DNA from: an uncultured Planctomycetota bacterium | GTDB lineage: Bacteria; Planctomycetota; Planctomycetia; Pirellulales; Lacipirellulaceae | Direction: 5' to 3' | Assembly: GCA_963719315.1 (NCBI GenBank) | Contig: CAVRBU010000004.1 | Span: forward strand, 736,001-800,000 | DNA length: 64,000 bases | Shown here: piece by piece, positions 32,536 through 43,042 of the stretch | Layout: every line of letters starts with the position of its first letter | Position numbering within the stretch: position 1 is the stretch's first letter | Translations under genes and position numbers: made by a program | The notes under the pieces: model-generated | What the model was told of the DNA's origin: nothing | What the model saw: only the letters and a program-made list of their open reading frames with translations | The model's database searches: none

Positions 32536-34275
32536 TTATTCGCTTACGTGCCCTGAGTTACTAATCGCGCGCTTCTGCGCCGCGATCTGCTCCTGAACCT
32601 GCGCTAGGTTGTAGGAAGGCGGCGCCTGCATGGGTGGAAACTCGATGTAGGACTCGAGCTCCCGCAGCGCGATCCCCTGACCGATGGGAAGCATGTTCCA
32701 ATCGTAGATGAAGGCAGTCATCGGTGCGGCGAGGGAGCCGCCCAGAGACAACGCCGACTTTTGCTGCACGCCGACGGACTGCTCAAACGGGTCGCGCTTG
32801 ATGTTCTGCACCAAGGTGAAGTTAAAGGTGGTGAGCGGCATGATCCAGCCATCGGCGCCGGGCTGGGCCATCGAGTAGTACATCTTCCAGTTCTTGTAAC
32901 GGACTGCAGACAGCGTCGCTCCCGAGTAGTAAATGAACGTCTCGCGCGCCGACTTGTCGGTCTTGCCTGTCAGGTAGTCAATCTGGTTCACACCCGCCAG
33001 TTTCGTCTTCACAAAGTTCGGGTACTTCCCGGCCATGGTCTGTTTGTTCAGATCGTCGCCCTTGGGGCCGCCGGCAAGTTCCACGAACGTCGGCATCCAG
33101 TCGAAGGACGCGAACATCTCCTTGTAGAGCGTTCCGGGCTTGATGTGCCCCGGCCAGCGGACGACACACGGGGCGCGGTAGCCGCCTTCCCATGCCTCGC
33201 CCTTTTGGCCCTTGAACGGCGTGATGCCGCCGTCGGGGAAGCTGATGGTTTCAGCCCCGTTGTCGGTGGTGAACACGACGATCGTGTTGTCGAGCTCGCC
33301 CATGTCTTCGAGCTTCTTGAGCACCAGGCCGATGTTGTCGTCCATCTGCTTCATGCCCGCTTCGTTGACGCCCCAGTCCTTGCCGCCGCGGACGCCTACC
33401 ATGGCCAGGTACTTGTCTGACAGCACGGTGGTGACGTGCATGCGGGCCGGGTTGTACCAGCAGAAGAACGGCTTGCCGGTCTTCTTCGGAGCGTTGCGAC
33501 CGAGCCAGTCGATGACGTGCGCCGAGATTTCCTCATCCACCGTCTTTGATCGATCGAGCGTCAGCGGGCCTTCATCCTTGACCTTCTGGTTCTTGAGCGT
33601 GCCATCGCTGGAAGTGCAGAGGAGCATCGGACGCGGCGGAATCAGCGCGATGTGGGTTTTAGGGTCAACCGAGCCTGCGGGCGGCGTTAGGCCTTCGATC
33701 GGCGTGTTGAGTCCCGGAGGCGCGACTCCCTGCTCGGTCGGCGTCTTGTTGATGTCGGGGAAGCTCACCTGCTGCATCGCATCGAGGTGATAGAGATAGC
33801 CCCAGAATTCCTGGAAGCCATTGGCCGTCGGCAGCGACTCGGCGTGGTCACCCAGGTGGTTCTTGCCGAACTCGCTGGTCGTATAGCCCAGGTCGAGAAG
33901 CGCCCGGGCGATGGTCGGTGTGCCGGGTCGCAGCCAGGCCGGGCTGCCCGGAAGCTGCGGCACGGTCAGGCCGACGCGAAGCGGATACATGCCGGTGATG
34001 AAGGCGCAGCGCCCAGAAGTGCAACTCTGCATTGCGTAATAGTCCATGAACCGGCCGCCCTCGCGGGCGATGCGGTCGATGTTGGGCGTTTCGCCGACCA
34101 TCAGTCCTTGGTGGTAACAACTCGGCTGCATGAAGCCGATGTCGTCGCCCATGATGAACAGGATGTTGGGTTTCTTAGCCTGAGCGTGCGCCGGCACAGC
34201 GGCGCCGAACAGCGCTGCCGCCACGGCGAGTGCGCCGAGGCCACAGCCGAGAAGATTGCGTCTTGAATGGACCAT
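32536..34275 (-). CDS. Arylsulfatase (Cys-type, possible Tat signal)
   Basis: SRRNLL, KPNILFIMGDDIG, SCTSGRCA, TTDNGAE. Confidence 0.9.
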   Translation of the reverse strand: MVHSRRNLLGCGLGALAVAAALFGAAVPAHAQAKKPNILFIMGDDIGFMQPSCYHQGLMVGETPNIDRIAREGGRFMDYYAMQSCTSGRCAFITGMYPLRVGLTVPQLPGSPAWLRPGTPTIARALLDLGYTTSEFGKNHLGDHAESLPTANGFQEFWGYLYHLDAMQQVSFPDINKTPTEQGVAPPGLNTPIEGLTPPAGSVDPKTHIALIPPRPMLLCTSSDGTLKNQKVKDEGPLTLDRSKTVDEEISAHVIDWLGRNAPKKTGKPFFCWYNPARMHVTTVLSDKYLAMVGVRGGKDWGVNEAGMKQMDDNIGLVLKKLEDMGELDNTIVVFTTDNGAETISFPDGGITPFKGQKGEAWEGGYRAPCVVRWPGHIKPGTLYKEMFASFDWMPTFVELAGGPKGDDLNKQTMAGKYPNFVKTKLAGVNQIDYLTGKTDKSARETFIYYSGATLSAVRYKNWKMYYSMAQPGADGWIMPLTTFNFTLVQNIKRDPFEQSVGVQQKSALSLGGSLAAPMTAFIYDWNMLPIGQGIALRELESYIEFPPMQAPPSYNLAQVQEQIAAQKRAISNSGHVSE

Positions 34276-34387
34276 CTTTGCTACCTTTCAATGTCAATTG
34301 GTTATGGAACTCTCTCGTTACAACGCATGATCGAAACACTGCACAGCAGTTGGCCATTTCCTTGCCGAACGAATAGTCGTTTCTATT

Positions 34388-35864
34388 TCATTGCACCTCC
34401 TTTACCCCGGGTGGCTGCCACGTCCCCTCGCCCGGCGGCAGAATCGAGGGGGGCGTCTCCTTGGGCCAATATAGTCGCATAACGAGATAGATAGAACCGT
34501 CCGGCGCGGGCAGCCAATTCGATTCCTTATCGGCGCCTGGCGAATCCTTCTGGATGTAAATGGTCAGTGAGCCATCGTCGTTCTTCTTGAGGTCCGGCAA
34601 CATCGGCGAGTTGATCAGGTAGCGGTTGATCGGGTTTTCAATCAATAATTGCGTCTTGCCATCGTACATCGTGATGGACCAGAAAGCGTTGACAGGCGGC
34701 AACTGGCCCTCGGCGAATGTGATCGTGTAATTGTGCTTGCTGCCGTCGAGCGGCTGGCCGTCGGCATCGCTACGAGTCAACGGGTAGGTCGCCTCGATCG
34801 CGTCGTTACCGTAGATGCCACCCTTGGCGCCGGCGGCGCAGCAACCAATTGCCGTCAAAGAATGCCCGGTCTCCAAAAAACGAGCCGATCCTCCAGCCGT
34901 TGACCTCTTTGACTCCGTCGGCGAGATACTTATCAACCTTGGCTTCGCCTTCCTTCATGCCGAGCGCGACTTCTGCTTTGTGCTCTGGCGAAAGGTCCTC
35001 GAAGTCGAACGTCTTGCCCGGGCCTACGCCGATGCGGGCCAGCTTCGCGCGAATCTCTTTTTCCTCTGGTCCGGCCGGAGCGAATTGCAAAGCGAAATCG
35101 AGATAGTTGAAGAAATTCGTCTTCACCATCTCCTTGTCGATCTTCGGGAAGTCGATCGCCGGCGCCGCTGGTGGGGAAGGCTGTTTGAGGTAGGCCGAGA
35201 GTGGCTGCACTTTGTAACCGGACTGCACCTTGACGACGTTCGGCATATCCTCCGGGTTGAATAGCTGCGTGCGGTAGCCCGCCAGCGAGAACTGCGTCGT
35301 GGAACGAAAAACCTTCTTGATGCCCGGCGGTGTATCGCCTTTCCAGTCGGGACCGGCGACCAGGTAATCACCGGCCTCGTTACCCGTCGCGCGGCTGCCG
35401 ATGTAGCCGTAGTTGAAGGTGTTGCCATCTTCGAGCTGCACCGCATAGTAGCGAGCCTTTTCCACGGCCGGAACCGAAAGCACCATCGGCTCGGCACGCA
35501 GGTCCATCCACAAGAAAGAATACGGCGTATCACTGTTGGGAGTGACAACGGCCGTATCCTTGTAGGTGAAAACGTGCGCTTCGTTCTTGATCTGATTGAA
35601 CGGCGCCTTGAATTGCCCCGAGTCCTTGTCGACGGCGTACTCGTACATCACCGCATAATTCATCACGATCGGCAGGCCATAGATGAATCCCTCCTCGGCG
35701 ATGGCTTTCGTCTCGGCGACGCCGGGAGTTTCCGTGCCAGCCTTTTTGTCGGCCTGTTCCGCGGAGGAGATTGAATCGCTTCGTTTGCCGCAGCCGGTAG
35801 CCATGGCTGCCGCGACGACGAGGGCCAGCGCTGTGGTGACGATTGACGGTTTAGTCGTTTTCAT
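34388..35864 (-). CDS. DUF1254/DUF1214 lipoprotein (frameshift near 34835)
   Basis: Lipobox MATGC, YGLPIV, TPNSDTPYS, PPVNAFWSITMYD, NWLPAP..MRLYWP. Confidence 0.88.
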
Positions 35865-36092
35865 AACGGTTCTCCCTAAGGGTTGCGAGGTCGTTTCACA
35901 AGTTCGATTTCGCTTGGTCGCCACTCTTCCGGGAAGAACGGCTCCAGCGGGCGGTGAAGACACAGGATGTTTAACAGGCTTCGTTCGGATAGGTCTGAAT
36001 CGCACTGCTGTCCTTCACATCAGCAGGACTGAGAAAAAACGGTGGGTTGACATCCTGTTAGCCTCCTTAGGTAATGCGCGATCGATTCGTGC

Positions 36093-36455
36093 TTAAGCTT
36101 CTGCCAGCCACGTTTCGGCGGATTTCATCTCATCCACGTCGAAATACCGAACCTGGGCCATGGTGAACGGCTTGCAGACCGTGGCCATCCATTTCTCCCA
36201 TTTCTCTTCGCCCACGAGTGCGATCCGCTCGATCTTGGTGCAATGCGTGGTCGCAAACTTGATGTCGTCCCACAGGGCATGCGTGTCCCAGCCGTGGAAA
36301 TCGTGGAACTGAGCCAGCATCCGGACCTTGCCGAATTTGGCGATCGCCTCATCGACCAGCGGGACAAACTTCTTGTAGTCCTCGTCGTGCAGCCTGCCGG
36401 ACATTTTGAAAGCCAGTACTTGTGGCGAACCTGCCGATAATTGCTCAATCATCAC
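36093..36455 (-). CDS. STAS/SEC14 (SpoIIAA-like) domain protein
   Basis: SGRLHDEDY, ALWDDIKF, RIALVG, VRYF..AETWL. Confidence 0.85.
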   Translation of the reverse strand: MMIEQLSAGSPQVLAFKMSGRLHDEDYKKFVPLVDEAIAKFGKVRMLAQFHDFHGWDTHALWDDIKFATTHCTKIERIALVGEEKWEKWMATVCKPFTMAQVRYFDVDEMKSAETWLAEA

Positions 36456-36502
36456 TGACTCCTTCTTGTAAGATTTGTTACGGTTTCTAGAAGAATGTAA
36501 TT

Positions 36503-36574
36503 AACCGCCAAGTTCGCCAAGAAAAAACATTGCGCCTCCCTAAATTACTTGGCGTCCTTCGCGACTTGGCGGTT
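36503..36574. repeat. Inverted repeat with CGCCAAG/CTTGGCG arms (copy 3)
   Basis: aaccgccaag-ttcgccaag ... cttggcgtc-cttcgcga-cttggcggtt. Confidence 0.75.
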
Positions 36575-36607
36575 CAAATCGTTAGTTATTCTTTGTCGTT
36601 TAGGTAC

Positions 36608-38302
36608 TCACTTTGAGTTGCTCTTCTCCGACTTTTGCTCCATCCGGACGAGCGTCCATTGTTCGTTCTTGTCCTTGCCGATGTGCACCAGCACGGGCGT
36701 CTCTGGTTTGGTCAAGTTGTACAGGCCGCAATCGAAGATCATGTTCTTCTTGTCGGCGACGACCCAAGCCACGCGTTGGGTTTCTTTATCCACGGACCCT
36801 TCGATGAGTTGCACGTTCTTGTCCGCCGAGTCGAAGTAATTGCCGCGGATAATGCCGGCTTTATTCACGGCGAGTTGGAACATCATGTCGCTGGATTTCT
36901 TGCCGTTGGGAATCGCCTCAAACACGCCGAGCGGCAGCCATTCCGCTTTCGCCGGATCCTCGGCCGCCACCTGCTGATGATTCTGCGGCGGCGGGGTGTT
37001 CGGGATATTCGCCTGCTCGCCGGTTTGGGCCAGGTTCTCGGCCGACTGATAGTACTCGTCGGCAGTCGCGATCGGCTGGCCATAGAGACAAACGTTGTTG
37101 TCCACATACGTCAGATCGTTGCCGTACATGTACCCATAGATGGGCCAATCCGTGCCGAACCAGCCGTTGATATTCGACCAAGTGGCGCCTCTCCAAATCC
37201 CGTTCGCGAACCCGGCCGCATACCAGGCGCCCGGGTGATCGTGGTACCAACCGTAGCCGAACGCGTTGTAATTGTGAAAGTTCGTCCGCGCGAAATTACC
37301 CTGCACGCGCAAGTCGCCGGCCGACCAATCGCGCGTGACTTCTCCGCCGCGCGCGACCACATTTCCTCCCGGACCGCGAACCGCGGCGCCGCCTGCCACG
37401 CGAGCTCCGCCGGCGACCCCGTTGGGGCCGGCGACAACGCCGCGGCTGGCCGTTTCGCCGCGAGCGTAGACATTGCCGTTGGGCCCTTTGACCACGGTGC
37501 CGCTGGCCGCGCGGCCGCCTGCCGCCACACCGTTCGGGCCAACCACGGCGCCGCGCTCGGCGGCCGAACCGTGCGCAATGGTCGTACCATTTGGTCCTTC
37601 GTACACGTGGCCAGCCGCGCCCCGCTCGCCAAATGCGCCGCCTGCCGCGGCCGGATTATATCCCGACAGCCCGCGGGCGCTCCCTGTGTACCCAAACGGA
37701 TGCTCCCCACTTGCCTGGTGCATGCCCATATCCGTGGGCAGTCCCAGGAACGAATTGAGTTTGCTCGCGGAAGGCAACGAACCGGAACGCATGTCCGAGA
37801 AGGAATCAAAACCGCGATTGCCCGAGGACATCGATCCGAACTGGCCCGCACGAAAGTCGCTGGCTTGTCCGCCGAAATTGCCGAAGCCGCCTGCGCCGCG
37901 ATACCCGTCGCCCGCCATGCCACCCGAACCGCGGATGCCATTACCGGCCAGGCCGCCGGAGCCGCGAATGCCATCGCCGCCGAACTGGCCACCGAGGCCG
38001 CTATTGTTGGATCCTCCACCATGGAATCCACCGCCGCCGAAGCTGTCGTGAAAACCACCGCCGCCAAAACCTCCACCGCCAAAGCCACCCCCGCCGAATC
38101 CACCACCTCCACCGTGGAAACCTCCTCCACCAAATCCACCGCCACCAAAGCCTCCCCCGTGAAAGCCACCACCTCCAAAGCCGCCACCTCCAAAACCGCC
38201 GCCGTGGAAGCCGCCCCCGCCGAAACCACGGCCAAGCGTTAGATCGACTCCAGCAAGTGTCGCAACACACAGCGCAACGGCGAAAAATAATGTGCGTTTC
38301 AT
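36608..38302 (-). CDS. Secreted Gly-rich 'protocadherin-like' protein
   Basis: Signal peptide, GGGF(H/G) repeats, GPNG repeats, WLPLGVF..FQLAVNKAG..GSVDKETQRVAW. Confidence 0.8.
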   Translation of the reverse strand: MKRTLFFAVALCVATLAGVDLTLGRGFGGGGFHGGGFGGGGFGGGGFHGGGFGGGGFGGGGFHGGGGGFGGGGFGGGGFGGGGFHDSFGGGGFHGGGSNNSGLGGQFGGDGIRGSGGLAGNGIRGSGGMAGDGYRGAGGFGNFGGQASDFRAGQFGSMSSGNRGFDSFSDMRSGSLPSASKLNSFLGLPTDMGMHQASGEHPFGYTGSARGLSGYNPAAAGGAFGERGAAGHVYEGPNGTTIAHGSAAERGAVVGPNGVAAGGRAASGTVVKGPNGNVYARGETASRGVVAGPNGVAGGARVAGGAAVRGPGGNVVARGGEVTRDWSAGDLRVQGNFARTNFHNYNAFGYGWYHDHPGAWYAAGFANGIWRGATWSNINGWFGTDWPIYGYMYGNDLTYVDNNVCLYGQPIATADEYYQSAENLAQTGEQANIPNTPPPQNHQQVAAEDPAKAEWLPLGVFEAIPNGKKSSDMMFQLAVNKAGIIRGNYFDSADKNVQLIEGSVDKETQRVAWVVADKKNMIFDCGLYNLTKPETPVLVHIGKDKNEQWTLVRMEQKSEKSNSK

Positions 38303-38342
38303 CTCAGACTCCTTGGGTGGTTTGGTGGAACCGAATTCGTTG

Positions 38343-38448
38343 TGTCCGCGAATTTATGCAGATTGACACGATTGAAGGAAGGCTTCCCGATCTTCGACGG
38401 AGTGCTTGGTAATTCCTCATCTGTGAACATCTGCATTATCTGAGGACA
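38343..38448. repeat. Degenerate inverted repeat with tandem (G/A)CAGAT/ATCTG arms
   Basis: tgtccgcgaatttatgcagattgacacgat ... atctgtgaacatctgcattatctgaggaca. Confidence 0.5.
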
Positions 38449-38498
38449 AAAAGTAATTGAAGAAATGGTTGGTCACAAATGTTGCAAAAACGTGAGCA

Positions 38499-39410
38499 TT
38501 ACTGCGATGCGGAATTGCCGCCCGATACGCGTTCGAACACGACTTCTTTCGTGTTGGGCAGTTGCATATCGCCGATCGCTCGATTCACACTCTGCCACGA
38601 GGCGACGTTGTCGTCGGCGTGGTAGAGAATGTTGGTGGCGGAAGTCGGTGCGCCGTCGGCCGACATGCCCTGAGTGTTGATGATCCATCGCGAGCCTTCT
38701 TGCGACCATTCGCCGTAACCGTGACCGCCATCGGCGTTGAAGAACCAGGAAACGAGTCGCCCCGACTGCGGATCTTTGCCGACGATCTGCGTGCCGCCAG
38801 AGGTGGACCCGTCATGGGTGGTAACTGTGGTTTGGCCTTTGAGGAAGTGCTTGTTGGCCATCCACTCGTAATTCATCTCGACTTTGGCCGCGTCGCCGTT
38901 CGCCGCCCACGCGCCGACGAGCCAGGCGATATCGTTCAGGTCGGCGGCGATCGTGACGCTCGGCATCTCCGATTCGCGCACGCTGGCCATGAACCACTTG
39001 TCGCCTTGCTTCACATGAACGGCCGTGTACGCGCTCTCGCTCCGCACGCCTCCGGGGCCCTCGGTCGTCGAGGCCGTCCCCTGCTCGATCGCCACGGTCG
39101 GAGCGAGGACGCGGATCGATTCGATCTTCACGTCCATCTTGGCGCCGGCGTGGGTGCGAAAGAAATCGCCGTAAAGTCGAGCGATCGCCTCGCGGCCTTT
39201 CACCGTTTCGTGGCCGATCGTGTAATCGCCATCGGGCGTCCACAAAGCGGCGACGGCCTCGGCATTGCCGTTGTCGAAGGCCTCCTTGAATTCATCCGCC
39301 GAGTGTCGGATCGCATTTTCCGCCGCCGTTGATTCGGCGGCGCCGGCGCTTTGTAGCAAGCAATTTCCAATGAGCAGAACAGCAAAGCAAGTGAGAAACT
39401 GTTTTCGCAT
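38499..39410 (-). CDS. Secreted SgcJ/EcaC (NTF2-like) domain protein
   Basis: Paralog of 6796-7722: YTAVHVKQGDKW, WLVGAW, QIVGKDP..SWFFNADGG. Confidence 0.8.
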   Translation of the reverse strand: MRKQFLTCFAVLLIGNCLLQSAGAAESTAAENAIRHSADEFKEAFDNGNAEAVAALWTPDGDYTIGHETVKGREAIARLYGDFFRTHAGAKMDVKIESIRVLAPTVAIEQGTASTTEGPGGVRSESAYTAVHVKQGDKWFMASVRESEMPSVTIAADLNDIAWLVGAWAANGDAAKVEMNYEWMANKHFLKGQTTVTTHDGSTSGGTQIVGKDPQSGRLVSWFFNADGGHGYGEWSQEGSRWIINTQGMSADGAPTSATNILYHADDNVASWQSVNRAIGDMQLPNTKEVVFERVSGGNSASQ

Positions 39411-39809
39411 GATTGTGTGTCCTGTCGTTTTGAAGGTAAGCACAAAGGCCGCTGTGCTTCGGTAGGATATTGTGGCCTATGAATTCCTGCGTGTCGCGGC
39501 AGGGAAAACCCGCCTGCGTGCGGCGTCGCCGACGAAAAGTCGCTTCGGCCAATCAACTCGCTGAGCGCACGATAGCAGCGCACCGCCGCGGACGATCATC
39601 TATCTCAGCGACTGCCCATCGCAGCCGCAGTTCCGTGTACGGCCGTACTTGAACATCAAAGAGATATGCGTCTTGCAAAGTCGCACTCGAATGAGTTGTC
39701 GACGGCTCTTTGATGAACGGTTGATTCTAATGCCGACAAATTGGCGTAGCAACCGGCTTGTGGGAAATAGGTGTGTCCTTAGTCAAAAATTCACGAGCAC
39801 GCAGTCCCT

Positions 39810-40733
39810 TCAAGATTGTGACGGCCAAAGATAGCGGATCGCCAAACCCAACAAAATGAATCCGCCGCCGAGGAGCGTCCACCACGCCGGCCGGTCGCCC
39901 CAGGCCACCAGCACCCAGACCGGATTCAAAAGCGGTTCGAGGAGAGCGATGCCGCTCGCCTCGTGGCCCGGTATTCGTTTCAGCCCGCGCGCAAACAACA
40001 CGTAGGGCAGCGCCATTTGTAGTGCGCCGAACGCCGCCAGAAAAAGCCATTGAAAGCCGCTCGGCAACTGCGATTCCCCGAACGCGAACGGCGCCAACGC
40101 GATCGCCGTAACGAGGTGATTGATTGCCGCCAGCCACACGGAGTTCAACCCGCGCAGCTGCCGCAGAGAGAGCACGACACCCGCATAGCAGAAGCTGGAG
40201 CCCAACCCCCACGCGACTGCATCCAGCCCCGCGCCGCGCGATTCGAAATAAATCATTACGCCGATGCCAATCGCGGCGCACGCGACCATCAACCAGTCGC
40301 GCCAAATGGCCCGTTCGCCGAACGCGAACACGCCGACCAACAGTACCCAAACCGGCGCGGTGCATTGCAGCCAAATGGCGTTGGCCGCGGAGCCTTTGAC
40401 CATCGCCGTGAGATATGTGTAATTCATCCCGGCGAAGAGAAGCGTCATCGGGATGAGATGCCACGTCCATTGCGGTCGGCGCACGAGCGGCCACAGCGCG
40501 AGGCAGGCGAACGACGCACGCCAAAACGCGATTCGCGGGCCCGACCAGCCAGCCAGATAGGGCGACTTCACGAAGAACCCGCTCGTGCTCCACAGCAGCG
40601 CCGCGACTAACACGAATATCCGGGCGCGAGAAACCGTGAGCCCCCCAGCCGACCGATCGTGCTCGTCGAAAGCCGGACCAGCCGGAAGCGGCTGCTCGGG
40701 CTGAAACGGTTCTGGTATCGGTCCGTCATCCAT
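39810..40733 (-). CDS. DMT/EamA family transporter
   Basis: About 10 TMs, LLWSTSG, TAPVWV, LLEPLLNPVW. Confidence 0.88.
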   Translation of the reverse strand: MDDGPIPEPFQPEQPLPAGPAFDEHDRSAGGLTVSRARIFVLVAALLWSTSGFFVKSPYLAGWSGPRIAFWRASFACLALWPLVRRPQWTWHLIPMTLLFAGMNYTYLTAMVKGSAANAIWLQCTAPVWVLLVGVFAFGERAIWRDWLMVACAAIGIGVMIYFESRGAGLDAVAWGLGSSFCYAGVVLSLRQLRGLNSVWLAAINHLVTAIALAPFAFGESQLPSGFQWLFLAAFGALQMALPYVLFARGLKRIPGHEASGIALLEPLLNPVWVLVAWGDRPAWWTLLGGGFILLGLAIRYLWPSQS

Positions 40734-40850
40734 GATTTCAAAGCGCGTAGTTACGCAATGGGTGGCTGGGGTGGAGTCCGCCGCGGCGGACGACCCCCCA
40801 GCGGCCCACTCGTCGCGCAAAGTGCGAATATTGATCGAAGCTCGGCGGCG

Positions 40851-42686
40851 TCAAATCAAATAATACCAGCCGTCTTTCTTGTTAAGGCTTTCCGCGTGCC
40901 GCGGGCAATGGTCGCAGACATCGTCGCCGATGAACTCATAGGCGAATCGCACCGCTTCGAGCGTGCTGGTCCAAAACCGGCCCGTTTCTTCGAACACGAA
41001 CACGCGATCGGGGCCGAGCCGGCCAAGCAAGCCGCTGGAGTTGATGACTTTGGCCAAGTCGGGCCGCACGCCGCACAACAACACGGTCACGTTCGCCTCA
41101 TGCATCCGCTCCGTGAAGCGATCGAGAACGCTCATGCACACGGCATCCGGGTTGCGAGCCCGCTTGAGTCGCAAAATAACGACGCGCGCCCCCGCTTCGG
41201 CTTTTTCAGCGATCGCCTCCAAATGCTGCTCCAATTCCGGGGCCGCGCCAAAGAAAAACTCGCCTTCCAAACTGTAAATGAGGATCCGGCTGCAGGGAAC
41301 ATCCGTCGGCATTCGCTCGCGGATTACGCGCTCGGGCGTCATCGTCAGCTCGGTCATATGAACGCGGGCCGCCTGCGGAACATACAGCACGAACGACAGG
41401 AACACGCCGATCAACACGCAGAATTCCACCGAGACCGCGACGGCTGAAACGGCCGTCAACAAGACGATCCAAAAGTCGAACCGCGTGGTCCGTAGGTAGT
41501 ACATGAGTTGCTGCCGATCGACCAGCCGCCAGGCGGAAAGCATGAGAATGCCGGCCAGGCCCGCCTTGGGAATGAAGTACGCGTATGGCGCCAGCACGAC
41601 GACCGTCACCGCGACCGCGGCCGCTGAAATTACGCCGGACCACTGCGTGCGCCCGCCGGCTTGTTGGTTGATGGTCGAACGCGTGAGCGAGCCGGAGCCC
41701 GGGAAGCACTGGAACATACTGCCGACGACGTTGGCCACACCCTCGCTCAGACACTGTTGGTTGATATCGAGTTTCTGCCGAGTGACGGCGGCGATGGCCT
41801 TCGCCATCGAGATCGCTTCCAGTAATCCCAACAACGCGATCGCGAGGCTGCTGCTGGCCAACCGATGCACGTGCGACCAATCCACGCGCGGCAACTCGAA
41901 CGACGGGAGCCTGGCCGGAATCTCGCCGATGATCTTGAGCCCCTGCTGATCCAGCCGCCAATTGGCGACGATGACCGTCGTGCAGATCAGCGCCAGCAAC
42001 AACTCCGGCAGCCGCAGGCGAAACCAGGTATTGATCCCGCGCAGCGCAAGCGCGATGGCAACCGTCCCCAGCCCAATCAGCAACGCCGTCCAGTTAGTCT
42101 GGTCGATGTGCGAAAGCGTGAGCCACACACGCTTGAGAAAATGGTCCTCGCCGTTGCCCAGGCCGGGCAGTCCCAGCAAGTTCTTGAGCTGATCGAGCAC
42201 CAGCAGCACGGCAGCGCCCAGCGTGAACCCGACGATCACCGCGTGCGACACAAAGCGGCTCAAGTCGCCCAGCCGCAACAGCGAGATCCCCGTTTGAATC
42301 ACGCCCACCATCAACGCCAACAGGATGACCGCCGGAATCCGCTCGGCGTCGCCGAATCCTACCAACGCGCTCAACACGGCAATCGAAATCGCGTTGGTCG
42401 GCCCGTTGATCAGTTGCTTCGACGAATCGAGCAGCGCGCCGACGGCCGTCATCACGATCGCCGTGTACAGCCCATATTGCGGCGGAATACCCGCGATCTG
42501 CGCGTAAGCTATCCCTTGCGGCACGGCCACTGCCGCAACGGTGAGCCCGGCCAGCGAGTCGCTCGAAAGATCGCGCCACGTATAGTGGCGCAGCGAATCG
42601 AATGCCGGCACCACTCGAAAGAAAAACTGGCTCAGACGATGCGAAGCGGACGGCGAAACGGCGGATGATGCTGAAGTTTCACCCAT
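40851..42686 (-). CDS. SulP family anion permease with STAS domain
   Basis: AGLTVAAVAVPQGIAYA, GPTNAIS, GSGSLTRS, EGEFFFGAA. Confidence 0.92.
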   Translation of the reverse strand: MGETSASSAVSPSASHRLSQFFFRVVPAFDSLRHYTWRDLSSDSLAGLTVAAVAVPQGIAYAQIAGIPPQYGLYTAIVMTAVGALLDSSKQLINGPTNAISIAVLSALVGFGDAERIPAVILLALMVGVIQTGISLLRLGDLSRFVSHAVIVGFTLGAAVLLVLDQLKNLLGLPGLGNGEDHFLKRVWLTLSHIDQTNWTALLIGLGTVAIALALRGINTWFRLRLPELLLALICTTVIVANWRLDQQGLKIIGEIPARLPSFELPRVDWSHVHRLASSSLAIALLGLLEAISMAKAIAAVTRQKLDINQQCLSEGVANVVGSMFQCFPGSGSLTRSTINQQAGGRTQWSGVISAAAVAVTVVVLAPYAYFIPKAGLAGILMLSAWRLVDRQQLMYYLRTTRFDFWIVLLTAVSAVAVSVEFCVLIGVFLSFVLYVPQAARVHMTELTMTPERVIRERMPTDVPCSRILIYSLEGEFFFGAAPELEQHLEAIAEKAEAGARVVILRLKRARNPDAVCMSVLDRFTERMHEANVTVLLCGVRPDLAKVINSSGLLGRLGPDRVFVFEETGRFWTSTLEAVRFAYEFIGDDVCDHCPRHAESLNKKDGWYYLI

Positions 42687-42827
42687 TCAACGAGGCCTGG
42701 TTGCTCACTCGCAATTCGACCAACAGTAGGCCCCCGCGACGTGCGCCGAAGGAAGATAGTGGGTGCAGCCCGCCAGATCGACACGGCTCATTCTAAAAAC
42801 CGAGCGCAATCGTAGCAACAGCGGTCG

Positions 42828-43036
42828 CCCCAGTAGGTCCCGCCTGCCGGGCGGGACCTGTCCCGGCTACAATCGATCCACTCGCACGTAGATCCCCAGT
42901 AGGTCCCGCCTGCCGGGCGGGACCTCGCACCACCACAACCAACAACACCGGCTCAGCTCCCGCTTGCCGGGCGGGACCTGTCCAAGTGCAAACACTACAC
43001 TCAATGCAAAGGTCCCGCTCGGCAAGCGGGACCTAC
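42828..43036. repeat. GTAG-type REP/BIME-like cluster (three direct copies, one inverted)
   Basis: GTAGGTCCCGCCTGCCGGGCGGGACCT at 42833 and 42899, degenerate copy at ~42954, inverted copy ending CCTAC at 43036. Confidence 0.8.
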
Positions 43037-43042
43037 TAAGCA

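Noticed and set aside
36635..38242. Long antisense and alternate-frame ORFs over Gly-rich and GC-rich genes
   Set aside because: Expected shadow ORFs from codon bias and repeats
42828..42980. CRISPR-like look: 32-bp repeat, 34-bp spacer, repeat
   Set aside because: Only two exact copies, inverted copies nearby, GTAG-REP signature, no cas genes
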